Shown piece by piece: positions 14,828 through 23,326 of a DNA stretch of 24,000 nucleotides. Position 1 is the first letter of the stretch. Every line of letters starts with the position of its first letter. A model generated the notes under the pieces. The model did no database searches. It was not told the origin of the DNA and saw only the letters and a list, made by a program, of their open reading frames with translations. The DNA is from an uncultured Actinomycetota bacterium. Its GTDB lineage: Bacteria; Actinomycetota; Actinomycetes; Propionibacteriales; Nocardioidaceae. A program made the position numbers and the translations under genes. The stretch lies in NCBI GenBank assembly GCA_963839365.1, contig CAWIUT010000010.1:507558-531557 (forward strand). The letters run 5' to 3'.

Positions 14828-15475
14828 TCAGTCGTCGGGGAACGGCACTTCGGTGGCCGAGTGGCAGCGGTAGCCGTTCGGGTTCTTGGCCAGATACTGC
14901 TGGTGGTGGTCCTCGGCGTAGTAGTACGTCGGCGCGGGCGTGACCTCCGTGGTGACCGGACCGTACCCCCGGCGCCGCAGCTCCGGCTCGTAGACCGCGA
15001 TGAGCTCGCGGGCCACCTTCTCCTGCTCCGCGTTGCAGGGGTAGATCGCCGAGCGGTACTGCGTGCCGATGTCGTTGCCCTGGCGCATCCCCTGGGTGGG
15101 GTCGTGGAACTCGAAGAACGCCTTCACCAGGTCGGCGTACGACACCACGCTGGGGTCGAAGACCACCCGGACCGCCTCGGTGTGCCCGGTCATCCCGGTG
15201 CACACCTCTTCGTACGACGGGTGCGGGGTGATGCCACCGGCGTAGCCGACGGAGGTGGACCAGACTCCGGGCATCTGCCAGAAGACCTCCTCCGCGCCCC
15301 AGAAGCAGCCGAGGCCGAACATCGCCACCTCGAAGCCGTCGGGGATGTCGGACTCGTCGGTGACCAGCGGCGCGTCGAGCACCAGGTGCTTCTCCGCGAG
15401 CGTGAACCAGGGCTCGTCACGGCCCGGAAGCGCCTGCTCAGAGGTGGGCATCTCCTGCTTGCGGTGGAACAACAC
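14828..15475 (-). CDS. msrA: peptide-methionine (S)-S-oxide reductase MsrA
   Basis: GTG start 15473-15475 is preceded on the minus strand by AGGAGAGGA. The N-terminus MLFHRKQEMPTSEQALPGR.. parallels E. coli MsrA (SLFDKKHLVSPADALPGR). The active-site motif is FGLGCFWGAE. The C-terminus is ..HHQQYLAKNPNGYRCH... Confidence 0.95.
   Translation of the reverse strand: MLFHRKQEMPTSEQALPGRDEPWFTLAEKHLVLDAPLVTDESDIPDGFEVAMFGLGCFWGAEEVFWQMPGVWSTSVGYAGGITPHPSYEEVCTGMTGHTEAVRVVFDPSVVSYADLVKAFFEFHDPTQGMRQGNDIGTQYRSAIYPCNAEQEKVARELIAVYEPELRRRGYGPVTTEVTPAPTYYYAEDHHQQYLAKNPNGYRCHSATEVPFPDD
14874..14909. repeat. direct repeat copy B (inside the msrA 3' coding end)
   Basis: Partner of 13723-13759. On the minus strand it encodes ..HHQQYLAKNPNG.. 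of MsrA. Confidence 0.7.
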
Positions 15476-15573
15476 GGTCCTCTCCTCGCCTCGGTTCTAC
15501 GACGGTAACGACCGGCGTCCGCGGATCCTTCCCCGGGCGTCGGGGAAGCGGGCCGGCCGGTAGGGTCGCCGAT

Positions 15574-16731
15574 GTGACCGAACAGCTGCACAAGACCGGG
15601 TTCGAGACCCGCGCGATCCACGCCGGCTCGGAGCCGGATCCCACCACCGGCGCGGTGACTCCGCCCATCTACGCCACCAGCACCTACAAGCAGGACGGTG
15701 TCGGCGGGCTGCGCGGCGGCTACGAGTACTCCCGCTCCGCGAATCCCACCCGCGCGGCGCTCGAGGAGTGCATCGCCGCGCTGGAGGAGGGGGAGCGCGG
15801 GTTCGCGTTCGCCAGCGGGCTGGCCGCCGAGGACACCCTGCTCCGCAGCCTCTGCCGGCCCGGTGACCACGTGGTCATCCCCGACGACGCCTACGGCGGC
15901 ACCTACCGGCTGTTCGCCAAGGTGGCCCAGCCGTGGGGGCTGGAGCACAGCTCCGCCGCGGTCGCGGACGTTGACGCGGTGCGCGCCGCCATCCGTCCGG
16001 GGCGGACGAAGCTGGTATGGCTGGAGACGCCGACCAACCCAATGCTGAACATCGGCGACATCGAGGCGGTCGCTGCCGTCGCCCACGACGCCGGAGCGTT
16101 GCTCGTGGTCGACAACACCTTCGCCTCGCCGTACCTGCAGCAGCCGCTGACCCTCGGCGCCGACGTCGTGCTGCACTCCACCACGAAGTACTGCGGCGGG
16201 CACTCCAACGTGGTCGGCGGCGCCCTGGTCGTCCGCGACCACGACATCGCCGACAAGATCGCTTTCCACCAGAACTCCATCGGCGGGGTTGCCGGGCCGT
16301 TCGACGCCTGGCTGGTGCTGCGCGGTCTGAAGACGCTGGGTGTGCGGATGGAACGGCACTGCGACAACGCCGAGGCGGTCGTGGACTTCCTGAGCGGTCA
16401 CGGCGCGGTCTCGACGGTCATCTACCCCGGTCTGGACGACCACCCCGGGCACGCGGTATCCGCCAAGCAGATGAAGCGTTACGGCGGGATCGTCTCGTTC
16501 CGGGTCGCCGGCGGGGAGCAGCAGGCGCTGGCGGTCTGCCGGAAGGCCAAGGTGTTCACGCTGGGTGAGTCGCTCGGCGGTGTGGAGTCGCTGATCGAGC
16601 ACCCGGGCCGGATGACGCACGCCTCGGTCGCCGGCACCGACCTGGAGGTGCCCTCCGACCTGATTCGGCTGAGCGTCGGCATCGAGACCGCCACCGACCT
16701 GGTGACCGACCTCGACCAAGCGCTCGGCTGA
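15574..16731 (+). CDS. metB: cystathionine gamma-synthase / gamma-lyase family PLP enzyme
   Basis: GTG start 15574. ..TRAIHAG..PIYATSTY.. at the N-terminus, ..DNTFASPYLQQPL..GADVVLHSTTKYCGGHSNVVGG.. (PLP lysine in STTKY), and ..ESLGGVESLIEHP... This is the Cys/Met-metabolism PLP family. Its position near greA/mca matches mycobacterial metB. Confidence 0.85.
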   Translation: MTEQLHKTGFETRAIHAGSEPDPTTGAVTPPIYATSTYKQDGVGGLRGGYEYSRSANPTRAALEECIAALEEGERGFAFASGLAAEDTLLRSLCRPGDHVVIPDDAYGGTYRLFAKVAQPWGLEHSSAAVADVDAVRAAIRPGRTKLVWLETPTNPMLNIGDIEAVAAVAHDAGALLVVDNTFASPYLQQPLTLGADVVLHSTTKYCGGHSNVVGGALVVRDHDIADKIAFHQNSIGGVAGPFDAWLVLRGLKTLGVRMERHCDNAEAVVDFLSGHGAVSTVIYPGLDDHPGHAVSAKQMKRYGGIVSFRVAGGEQQALAVCRKAKVFTLGESLGGVESLIEHPGRMTHASVAGTDLEVPSDLIRLSVGIETATDLVTDLDQALG

Positions 16732-16745
16732 CGTGACCGAGCTCC

Positions 16746-18122
16746 ATGACTGAGCTGGTCTGCTGCGTCGACTTCGGTTCGACGTTCACCAAGGCCGCGC
16801 TCGTCGACGTCGACAGCGGCGTGCTGGTCAAGTGCGCGGAGCACCGGACGACGGTCGACACCGATGTCCTGGACGGCTGGGAGGCGTGCCTGGCCGAGCT
16901 GGCCGCTGAGCACCCCGACGCAAAGGACGCCGAGGTGCTCGCCTGCTCGTCCGCCGGTGGGGGGCTCAGCATTGCCGTGGTCGGGAACGAGGAGCTGGTC
17001 ACGGCCGAGGCCGGACGCCGCGTGGCCCTGTCCAGCGGCGGCAAGGTCGTGCACGTGGCCAGCGGCGGCCTGGACAAGGCCGGGGTGGTCCGGCTGCGTG
17101 AGGCGCACCCGGACGTGGTGCTGCTGGTCGGCGGAACCGACGGCGGGAACACGGAGGTCCTGCTCGGCTGCGCCAACGCCTTGGCCACGGCACGATGGCG
17201 CGGGCCGGTCGTGGTCGCCGGCAACGTGGAGGCCCGCGACGAGGTCGCCGCGCTGCTGGACCGGGTCGGCACGCCGTACGTGCTCGCCGACAACGTGGTC
17301 CCGCAGATCGGGGTGCTGGCACCGGCCTCCGCGCGCGCCGCGATCCGAGCGATGTTCCTGCGTCACGTGATCGGCGGCAAGCACCTGTCGGCGAGGGCCG
17401 ACTTCACCACGATGGTGCGTGGCGCCACCCCCGACGTGGTGCTCACCGCCGTGGAGCTGCTCGCGCACGGGCTCGACGAGGAGCATCCCGGCGCGGGAGA
17501 CGTAGCGGTCGTCGACGTCGGCGGAGCGACCACCGACGTGCACTCCGTGGTCGAGGTCGATCCGGAGGACGCCGGGCTTGGCCGCGAGGTGGTCGCCACC
17601 GTGCCGGTGACCCGCACCGTGGAGGGCGACCTCGGGATGCGCTGGAGCGCGGTCACCACGGTGGCCGAGGGCATCCGGGCCGGCCTGGTCGATGAGCAGG
17701 ACCGCGAGCGGCTGGAGCACGCCGCCCGCCGTCGCCAGGCCGACCCCGGGCTGCTGCCCGTCGACGAGCAGGGCGCCGCGCTGGACCGGGGGATCGCCTC
17801 GCTGGCCATCGCCGTCGCGCTGCGCCGGCACGCCGGCCGCGCCCGGGTGGTGTTCGGGCCGGACGGCCGACTGGTGGAGCGCACCGGCACCGACCTGCGC
17901 GAGGTGGACATGCTGGTCGGCTCCGGGGGCGTTCTCCGGTACGGCGGACCGGCCGCCCGCAGCGTGCTCACCGCCCGGCTCGACGACACGGGAGGGTGGC
18001 AGGTGCCGCGCGATCCGCGGACCGTGGTGGACAACGACTACGTGCTGGCTCCAGCCGGCCTGCTGGCCGCCGACCACCCTCGCGCGGCCTTCGCGCTGCT
18101 GGGGACGCTGTTGCAGGGCTGA
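16746..18122 (+). CDS. GlmL/MutL-like (glutamate mutase accessory-type) ASKHA-fold protein
   Basis: The N-terminal VCCVDFGSTFTKAALVD is a phosphate-1 motif of the actin/HSP70/sugar-kinase fold. A second ..VAVVDVGGATTDVHSV.. motif is present. Length and layout match proteins annotated as 'glutamate mutase L' in actinobacteria (from memory). It starts 14 nt after the metB stop. Confidence 0.6.
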   Translation: MTELVCCVDFGSTFTKAALVDVDSGVLVKCAEHRTTVDTDVLDGWEACLAELAAEHPDAKDAEVLACSSAGGGLSIAVVGNEELVTAEAGRRVALSSGGKVVHVASGGLDKAGVVRLREAHPDVVLLVGGTDGGNTEVLLGCANALATARWRGPVVVAGNVEARDEVAALLDRVGTPYVLADNVVPQIGVLAPASARAAIRAMFLRHVIGGKHLSARADFTTMVRGATPDVVLTAVELLAHGLDEEHPGAGDVAVVDVGGATTDVHSVVEVDPEDAGLGREVVATVPVTRTVEGDLGMRWSAVTTVAEGIRAGLVDEQDRERLEHAARRRQADPGLLPVDEQGAALDRGIASLAIAVALRRHAGRARVVFGPDGRLVERTGTDLREVDMLVGSGGVLRYGGPAARSVLTARLDDTGGWQVPRDPRTVVDNDYVLAPAGLLAADHPRAAFALLGTLLQG

Positions 18123-18166
18123 CGCTTCGGCTTCGCTGCCGATAGCGACCGCCTACGCTTTGCGGC

Positions 18167-19447
18167 ATGGACGTTCGGCGGCGACTCTCCCGCAGCATGA
18201 CCCGACTGCGGGAAGCGCAGCGACGCAGGGCCGAGGAGGGCTTTGCGAGGCCACCCGAGGTGCGGACGCAGCCGGCGCCCATCGTGGTCGGGCAGTCCAA
18301 CTTCGCCCAGGCGCGGGTGCCGCACGGCGTGGACCTCGCCGCCGCCTGGGCATGGCGGTCCCTGGTCATCGCCGCGGCGGGGCTGGGCATCGGCTACACC
18401 CTCGGCAAGTTCTCGCTGATCGTGCTGCCCGTCGTGATCGCGGTGCTCATCTCCGCGCTCGCCGTGCCGGTCGTGGAGGCGTTGGACCGGGCCGGTCTTC
18501 CGCGCAGGCTGGCCGCCCTGCTGGTGGTGGTCGGGGGCCTCGCGTTCGTGGCGCTGCTGCTCACCTTCGTCGGCCAGCAGGTGGCCCAGGGCGCCAACGA
18601 GCTCGCCCGGCAGGTGGTCGACGGACTCGAGCAGATCCGCCTGTGGCTGCAGAACGGCCCGCTGCACGCCAGCGACTCGCAGATCAACGGCTACATCACC
18701 CAGGTGCAGGACCTGATCACGTCCGGGAACAAGCACGTGGTCACCCGGATCACCGAGGTGGGCAGCACGCTGGGGCACATCGTCGCCGGGTTCTTCATCG
18801 TCTTGTTCGCGACCTACTTCTTCCTCGCCGACGGGGCCAGCATCTGGTCCTGGGTGGTCCGGATCTTCCCGCGAACGGCCCGGGGCCGTGCAGACTCCTC
18901 CGGCCGGGTGGCCTGGGTGTCGCTGACCGCGTTCGTGCGAGCCACCGTGCTGGTCGCGCTCACCGACGCCATCGGCGTCACGCTGGTCGCGCTGATCCTC
19001 AAGGTCCCGTTCGCGCCGGCCATCGGTGTGCTGGTGTTCCTCGGGTCGTTCATCCCGCTGATCGGAGCGACCCTCTCGGGGTCGGTGGCCGTGCTGGTGG
19101 CGTTGGTCGCGCACGGCCCGCTGGTGGCGCTGCTCATGCTCGCCGGGGTCGTGCTGGTGCAGCAGATCGAGGCGCACGTGCTGCAGCCGTTCATGCTCGG
19201 CCGGTTCGTCCGGCTGCACCCACTGGGCGTGATCCTGGCCATCGGCTGCGGGGTGCTGGTCGCCGGGATCGCCGGTGCGCTGGTCGCAGTGCCCCTGGTG
19301 GCCGCGCTGAACGCGGTGGTGCTGCACCTCGCCGACACCGCCGGCACCGGCGAGGCCGACACCGCCGGCACCGACGAGACGGCCCCCCCGACCGACAGCA
19401 CCGAGCCCGCCGACGCCGACCCGACCGAGACCCCCGCCGGGGGCTGA
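18167..19447 (+). CDS. AI-2E family transporter (PerM/YhhT-like permease)
   Basis: About 8 TM segments. Family-typical ..FFIVLFATYFFLADG.., ..IPLIGATLSG.. and ..VQQIEAHVLQPFMLGR... It has a basic cytoplasmic N-terminus and an acidic Thr/Asp/Pro-rich C-terminal tail. Confidence 0.8.
   Translation: MDVRRRLSRSMTRLREAQRRRAEEGFARPPEVRTQPAPIVVGQSNFAQARVPHGVDLAAAWAWRSLVIAAAGLGIGYTLGKFSLIVLPVVIAVLISALAVPVVEALDRAGLPRRLAALLVVVGGLAFVALLLTFVGQQVAQGANELARQVVDGLEQIRLWLQNGPLHASDSQINGYITQVQDLITSGNKHVVTRITEVGSTLGHIVAGFFIVLFATYFFLADGASIWSWVVRIFPRTARGRADSSGRVAWVSLTAFVRATVLVALTDAIGVTLVALILKVPFAPAIGVLVFLGSFIPLIGATLSGSVAVLVALVAHGPLVALLMLAGVVLVQQIEAHVLQPFMLGRFVRLHPLGVILAIGCGVLVAGIAGALVAVPLVAALNAVVLHLADTAGTGEADTAGTDETAPPTDSTEPADADPTETPAGG
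19331..19378 (+). repeat. 2 x 24-nt tandem repeat inside the AI-2E transporter tail
   Basis: gccgacaccgccggcaccggcgag / gccgacaccgccggcaccgacgag (23/24 identical), encoding ADTAGTGE-ADTAGTDE. Confidence 0.8.
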
Positions 19448-19476
19448 GCAGCCGGCACGGCCGGGGAGCGCCGTCG

Positions 19477-20103
19477 TCAGTCGCGCCCGCGGCGGTGCCG
19501 CACGACCGCCCGCACCAGGAAGGCGGCGCCGATGGCGACGAGGCCGATCAGCACGTAGAGGCTGTATCGGTTGATCTGGTGGTAGATGACGTCGATGTTG
19601 CTGCCGGCGAAGTAGCCCACCGACGCCCAGGTGCCCACCCACAGCACCGCGCCGATCGTGTTGAAGACCACGAACCTGTGCCAGGGCATCGACGAGGTGC
19701 CCGCGATGATCCCGTTCAGCTGGCGCAGCCCCTCGATGAACCGGGCCACCACCACGATGCCGCCGCCGCGCTTCTGGAAGAACCGTTCGGCCTTGTCCAG
19801 CCGCTCGGGGGTGATCAGCACGTACTTCCCGAAGCGCTCGACGACCCGGCGTCCGCCGTACGCCCCGATCGCGAAGCCGATGTTGTCGCCGATCACCGCG
19901 GCGACGATCCCGATCGCGATCACCGCGAAGATGTTGAGCTGGCCGGCACCTGCGTAGACCGCCGCGGCGATCAGGATCGTCTCTCCTGGCAGCGGGACGC
20001 CGAAGTCCTCCAGGGTGACGAACCCGCCGACGGCGAGGTACCCGTACTGGTTCAGCACCGGCGCCAGGCTCGCCAGCACTCCGGGCAGCGACGGGTGGCT
20101 CAT
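19477..20103 (-). CDS. DedA family membrane protein
   Basis: Trimmed from ORF 19477..21348 to ATG 20101-20103 (MSHPSLPGVL..). The DedA signature is ..VTLEDFGVPLPGETILIAAAVYAG.. and ..GGGIVVVARFIEGLRQLNGIIAG... Confidence 0.85.
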   Translation of the reverse strand: MSHPSLPGVLASLAPVLNQYGYLAVGGFVTLEDFGVPLPGETILIAAAVYAGAGQLNIFAVIAIGIVAAVIGDNIGFAIGAYGGRRVVERFGKYVLITPERLDKAERFFQKRGGGIVVVARFIEGLRQLNGIIAGTSSMPWHRFVVFNTIGAVLWVGTWASVGYFAGSNIDVIYHQINRYSLYVLIGLVAIGAAFLVRAVVRHRRGRD

Positions 20104-20166
20104 AGACGCAGATCCTGCCAGCCCGCCCTGTCGGTCCCGGCACCGGCAGCCTCTATCGTGTCGGGC

Positions 20167-21402
20167 ATGAGGACTGACCGGGACGTCGACGAAGCCGTCC
20201 CCGCACCTACCCTGACCGACATCGAGGCCGCGCAGGAGCTCCTGCGCGGGGTCGCGATCCGGACCCCGATCGAGGAGTCGCGCTGGCTCTCGGCGGCCGC
20301 AGGCGGACCGGTGCTGCTCAAGTGCGAGAACCTGCAGCGCACCGGGTCGTTCAAGATCCGCGGCGCCTACACGCGGATGTCCAAGCTGTCCGACGCGGAG
20401 CGGGCGGGCGGCGTGGTGGCGGCCAGCGCCGGAAACCACGCCCAGGGCGTGGCGCTGGCCGCGCAGCTGTTGGGCATCCGGTCCACGGTGTTCATGCCGG
20501 AGGGCGCACCCATCCCGAAGGAGAAGGCCACCCGGGGCTACGGCGCCGAGGTGCGGTTCCAGGGGCACAGCGTGGACGAGGCGCTGGTGGCGGCCAAGGA
20601 GTTCGCCGCCGAGACCGGGGCGGTGCTGATCCATCCGTTCGACCACCCGGACATCCTCACCGGGCAGGGCACCTGTGGCCTGGAGGTGCTCGAGCAGTGC
20701 CCCCAGGTGCGCACCGTGCTGGTGCCCACCGGCGGTGGGGGGCTGGTCGCCGGGATGGCCACCGCCATCAAGAGCCGCAACCCCGACGTGCGCGTGATCG
20801 GCGTGCAGGCCGAGGGGGCCGCGGCGTACGCCGAGTCGCTGCGGCAGGGCCACCCCGTCGCACTGTCCTCGATGACCACGATGGCCGACGGGATCGCGGT
20901 CGGCTGTCCGGGCACGGTGCCCTTCCGGGCCGTCCAGGAGTACGTCGACGAGATCGTCACCGTCTCGGAGGAAGCACTGTCGCGGGCGCTGCTGATGACC
21001 CTGGAACGGGCCAAGCTGCTCGTCGAGCCGGCAGGGGCGGCCGCGGTGGCCGCGATGCTGGAGAAGCCGGACCGGTTCGGGACCCCGGCGGTGGCGGTGC
21101 TCTCCGGCGGCAACGTCGACCCGCTGCTGCTGATACGGGTGCTCCGGCACGGCATGGCGGCCGAGGGCCGCTACTTGTCGTTCCGGGTGCTCATCCCGGA
21201 CACTCCCGGTGGTCTGGCCAAGCTGCTGTGCGAGCTCGCGGAGGTGGAGGCCAACGTGCTGGACGTGGTGCACGAGCGCACCTCGGCTCGCCTGCACCTC
21301 GACGAGGTCGACGTCGCCCTGCAGGTGGAGACCCGCGGTCCGGAGCACGCGGAGCGGGTGATGTCCCGGATCCGCGAGTGCGGCTACCGCGTGAACGTGT
21401 GA
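20167..21402 (+). CDS. ilvA: threonine ammonia-lyase (threonine dehydratase), short form with one C-terminal ACT-like regulatory domain
   Basis: Trimmed from ORF 17692..21402 to ATG 20167 (MRTDRDV..). PLP-lysine motif ENLQRTGSFKIRGA, ..ASAGNHAQGVA.., Gly loop ..VPTGGGGLVAGMA.., and a C-terminal ..RYLSFRVLIPDTPGGLAKL.. ACT-like fold. Confidence 0.9.
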   Translation: MRTDRDVDEAVPAPTLTDIEAAQELLRGVAIRTPIEESRWLSAAAGGPVLLKCENLQRTGSFKIRGAYTRMSKLSDAERAGGVVAASAGNHAQGVALAAQLLGIRSTVFMPEGAPIPKEKATRGYGAEVRFQGHSVDEALVAAKEFAAETGAVLIHPFDHPDILTGQGTCGLEVLEQCPQVRTVLVPTGGGGLVAGMATAIKSRNPDVRVIGVQAEGAAAYAESLRQGHPVALSSMTTMADGIAVGCPGTVPFRAVQEYVDEIVTVSEEALSRALLMTLERAKLLVEPAGAAAVAAMLEKPDRFGTPAVAVLSGGNVDPLLLIRVLRHGMAAEGRYLSFRVLIPDTPGGLAKLLCELAEVEANVLDVVHERTSARLHLDEVDVALQVETRGPEHAERVMSRIRECGYRVNV

Positions 21403-21411
21403 ACGGTCACC

Positions 21412-21915
21412 TCAGCCGGTGTACGGCACGGCGTCGACGATCTCGACCGCGAGCTTCTTGCCGTTGGGAGCGTCGTACTTGACGGTCTCGCCCTTCTTGG
21501 CGCCGATGATCGCCGAGCCCAGCGGGGACTGCGGGGAGAACACCTGGAGGCCCTCGGTGGTCTCCTCCATCTCCCGGGCGCCGAGCAGGAAGGTCTCCTG
21601 CTCGTCGTCCCCGACGAACCGGTAGGTGATCTTCATCCCGGGCTCGACAACGCCGTCGTCGGCGGGCGTCTCACCGACCTGGGCGCGGCGCAGCATGTCC
21701 TCCAGCTGCCGGATCCGCGCCTCGACCTTGCCCTGCTCCTCGCGTGCCGCGTGGTACCCGCCGTTCTCCTTCAGGTCGCCCTCCTCGCGGGCCGCGCTGA
21801 TACGGGCCACGATCTCGGCACGGACCGGGCCCCGCAGGTTCTCGAGCTCTGCCTCGAGCTTGTCGTAAGCGTCCTGGGTCAGCCAGATCACGTTCTGCTC
21901 GGTCGACTGGGTCAC
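21412..21915 (-). CDS. greA: transcription elongation factor GreA
   Basis: GTG start, with AGGAG about 10 nt upstream on the minus strand. ..WLTQDAYDKLEAELENL.. (coiled-coil), ..EEGDLKENGGYHAAREEQ.. (the conserved acidic tip) and a C-terminal ..SPQSPLGSAIIGAKKGETV... Confidence 0.95.
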   Translation of the reverse strand: MTQSTEQNVIWLTQDAYDKLEAELENLRGPVRAEIVARISAAREEGDLKENGGYHAAREEQGKVEARIRQLEDMLRRAQVGETPADDGVVEPGMKITYRFVGDDEQETFLLGAREMEETTEGLQVFSPQSPLGSAIIGAKKGETVKYDAPNGKKLAVEIVDAVPYTG

Positions 21916-22034
21916 GGTTGCGGTGCTCCTACTGCTTGTCGAGGGCCGCGGCGCGCGTCAGGCGCCACCGCAGCTGCGTGCAAGGCAAGTAACGAAGTTT
22001 ACCAACCGGGCGCGGGCCGACCCAATTCCGCGGC

Positions 22035-22424
22035 TCAGTGCCCGGCCACGCAGCGGACCAGCTGCACGTTGTAGGCCCGCCGCTCGGTCCGGATGCTCTT
22101 GGTGAGCGTGACGGTGGCCGGCTGCGGCGGCCCCACCCGGAAGCCGAGCTCACCGACCACGGCGTTGTCGGAGGCCAACGCCTGCAGCACGCACCTCGCG
22201 ACCATCTGCCGGCTGGGCCGGACCACCGTCACCTTGGCCACCACCTCGTGGCTGGCCGGAGGACGGAACGAGACCAGCTGACCCTGCACGGTCGAACGGC
22301 TGTGCATCACGATCGCCCACACCAGCCATCCCACCGCGACGACGGCCAGCGCAACGACGCCGGCGACGAGCGCGATCCGGGCCGGCCGACGGCGGGTGCC
22401 GTATCGCTGTGCGAGGTCGCTCAC
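22035..22424 (-). CDS. DUF4307-like single-pass membrane protein (Rv1081c-type)
   Basis: GTG start. It has a basic N-terminus, one TM helix ([23 protein letters not shown]), then a beta-rich domain of about 90 aa. Its position between greA and mca is as I recall for mycobacterial Rv1081c. Confidence 0.7.
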   Translation of the reverse strand: MSDLAQRYGTRRRPARIALVAGVVALAVVAVGWLVWAIVMHSRSTVQGQLVSFRPPASHEVVAKVTVVRPSRQMVARCVLQALASDNAVVGELGFRVGPPQPATVTLTKSIRTERRAYNVQLVRCVAGH

Positions 22425-22447
22425 CGCTCCATCCTAGGATTGCTGTC

Positions 22448-23326
22448 ATGTTGCGCCTGATGCACGTGCACGCCCATCCCGACGACGAGTCGAGCAAGGG
22501 AGCCGCCACCACCGCCAAGTACGTCGCCGAGGGCGTCGACGTCCACGTGGTCACCTGCACCGGTGGCGAGCGTGGCTCGATCCTGAACCCGAGGATGGAC
22601 CGTCCCGAGGTGCTGGCCAACATCGGTGAGATCCGGCGCCAGGAGATGGAGCGGGCCCGGGAGATCCTCAAGGTGCAGCAGCACTGGCTGGGCTTCGTGG
22701 ACTCCGGAATGCCCGAGGGGGATCCCCGGCCGCCTCTGCCGGAGGGCTGCTTCGCGCTGCAGCCGGTCGGGGTGGCCGCCGAGCCGCTGGTCCGGCTGGT
22801 ACGCACGCTGCGCCCGCACGTGATGACCACCTACGACGAGAACGGTGGCTACCCGCACCCCGACCACGTGATGTGCAACCGGGTAGCGGTGGCCGCGTTC
22901 GAGGCGGCCGGCGACCCGGAGCGGTACCCGGACGCCGGCGAGCCCTGGCAGCCGTTGAAGCTGTACTACCACCACGGCTTCCACCGGGAGCGCACCCAGG
23001 CGTTGCACGACGCGATGGAGGCCCGGGGGCTGGAGTCGCCATACGCCGACCGGCTGGCCAAGTGGCAGCCGGACCCGGAGCACGCCCGCCGGATCACCAC
23101 CCAGATCCCGTGCGCGGACTACTTCCCGACCCGCGACCAGGCGCTGCTGGCGCATGCCACGCAGATCGACCCCGACGGAGCGTGGTTCGCGTGCCCGCTG
23201 GAGGTGCACCAGGAGGCGTGGCCCACCGAGGACTTCGAGCTGGCCCGCACCCTCGTCGACGTGGACATCCCCGAGGACGACCTGTTCGTCGGGGTCCGTG
23301 AGCAGGTTCGGGGCGTCTCGGCATGA
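22448..23326 (+). CDS. mca: mycothiol S-conjugate amidase Mca (LmbE/PIG-L deacetylase family)
   Basis: Trimmed to ATG 22448 ([25 protein letters not shown]..). It matches M. tuberculosis Mca as I recall it (..[21 protein letters not shown].., ..[17 protein letters not shown].., ..HATQIDP.., ..WPTEEFELAR). The greA-adjacent context favours Mca over the paralogue MshB. Confidence 0.85.
   Translation: MLRLMHVHAHPDDESSKGAATTAKYVAEGVDVHVVTCTGGERGSILNPRMDRPEVLANIGEIRRQEMERAREILKVQQHWLGFVDSGMPEGDPRPPLPEGCFALQPVGVAAEPLVRLVRTLRPHVMTTYDENGGYPHPDHVMCNRVAVAAFEAAGDPERYPDAGEPWQPLKLYYHHGFHRERTQALHDAMEARGLESPYADRLAKWQPDPEHARRITTQIPCADYFPTRDQALLAHATQIDPDGAWFACPLEVHQEAWPTEDFELARTLVDVDIPEDDLFVGVREQVRGVSA

Noticed and set aside
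15476-15573. Possible SAM/Met riboswitch in front of metB
   Set aside because: The spacer is only 98 nt and is shared with the divergent msrA promoter and SD. I could not draw the conserved helices of a SAM-I or SAM-IV aptamer. A cmscan would settle it.
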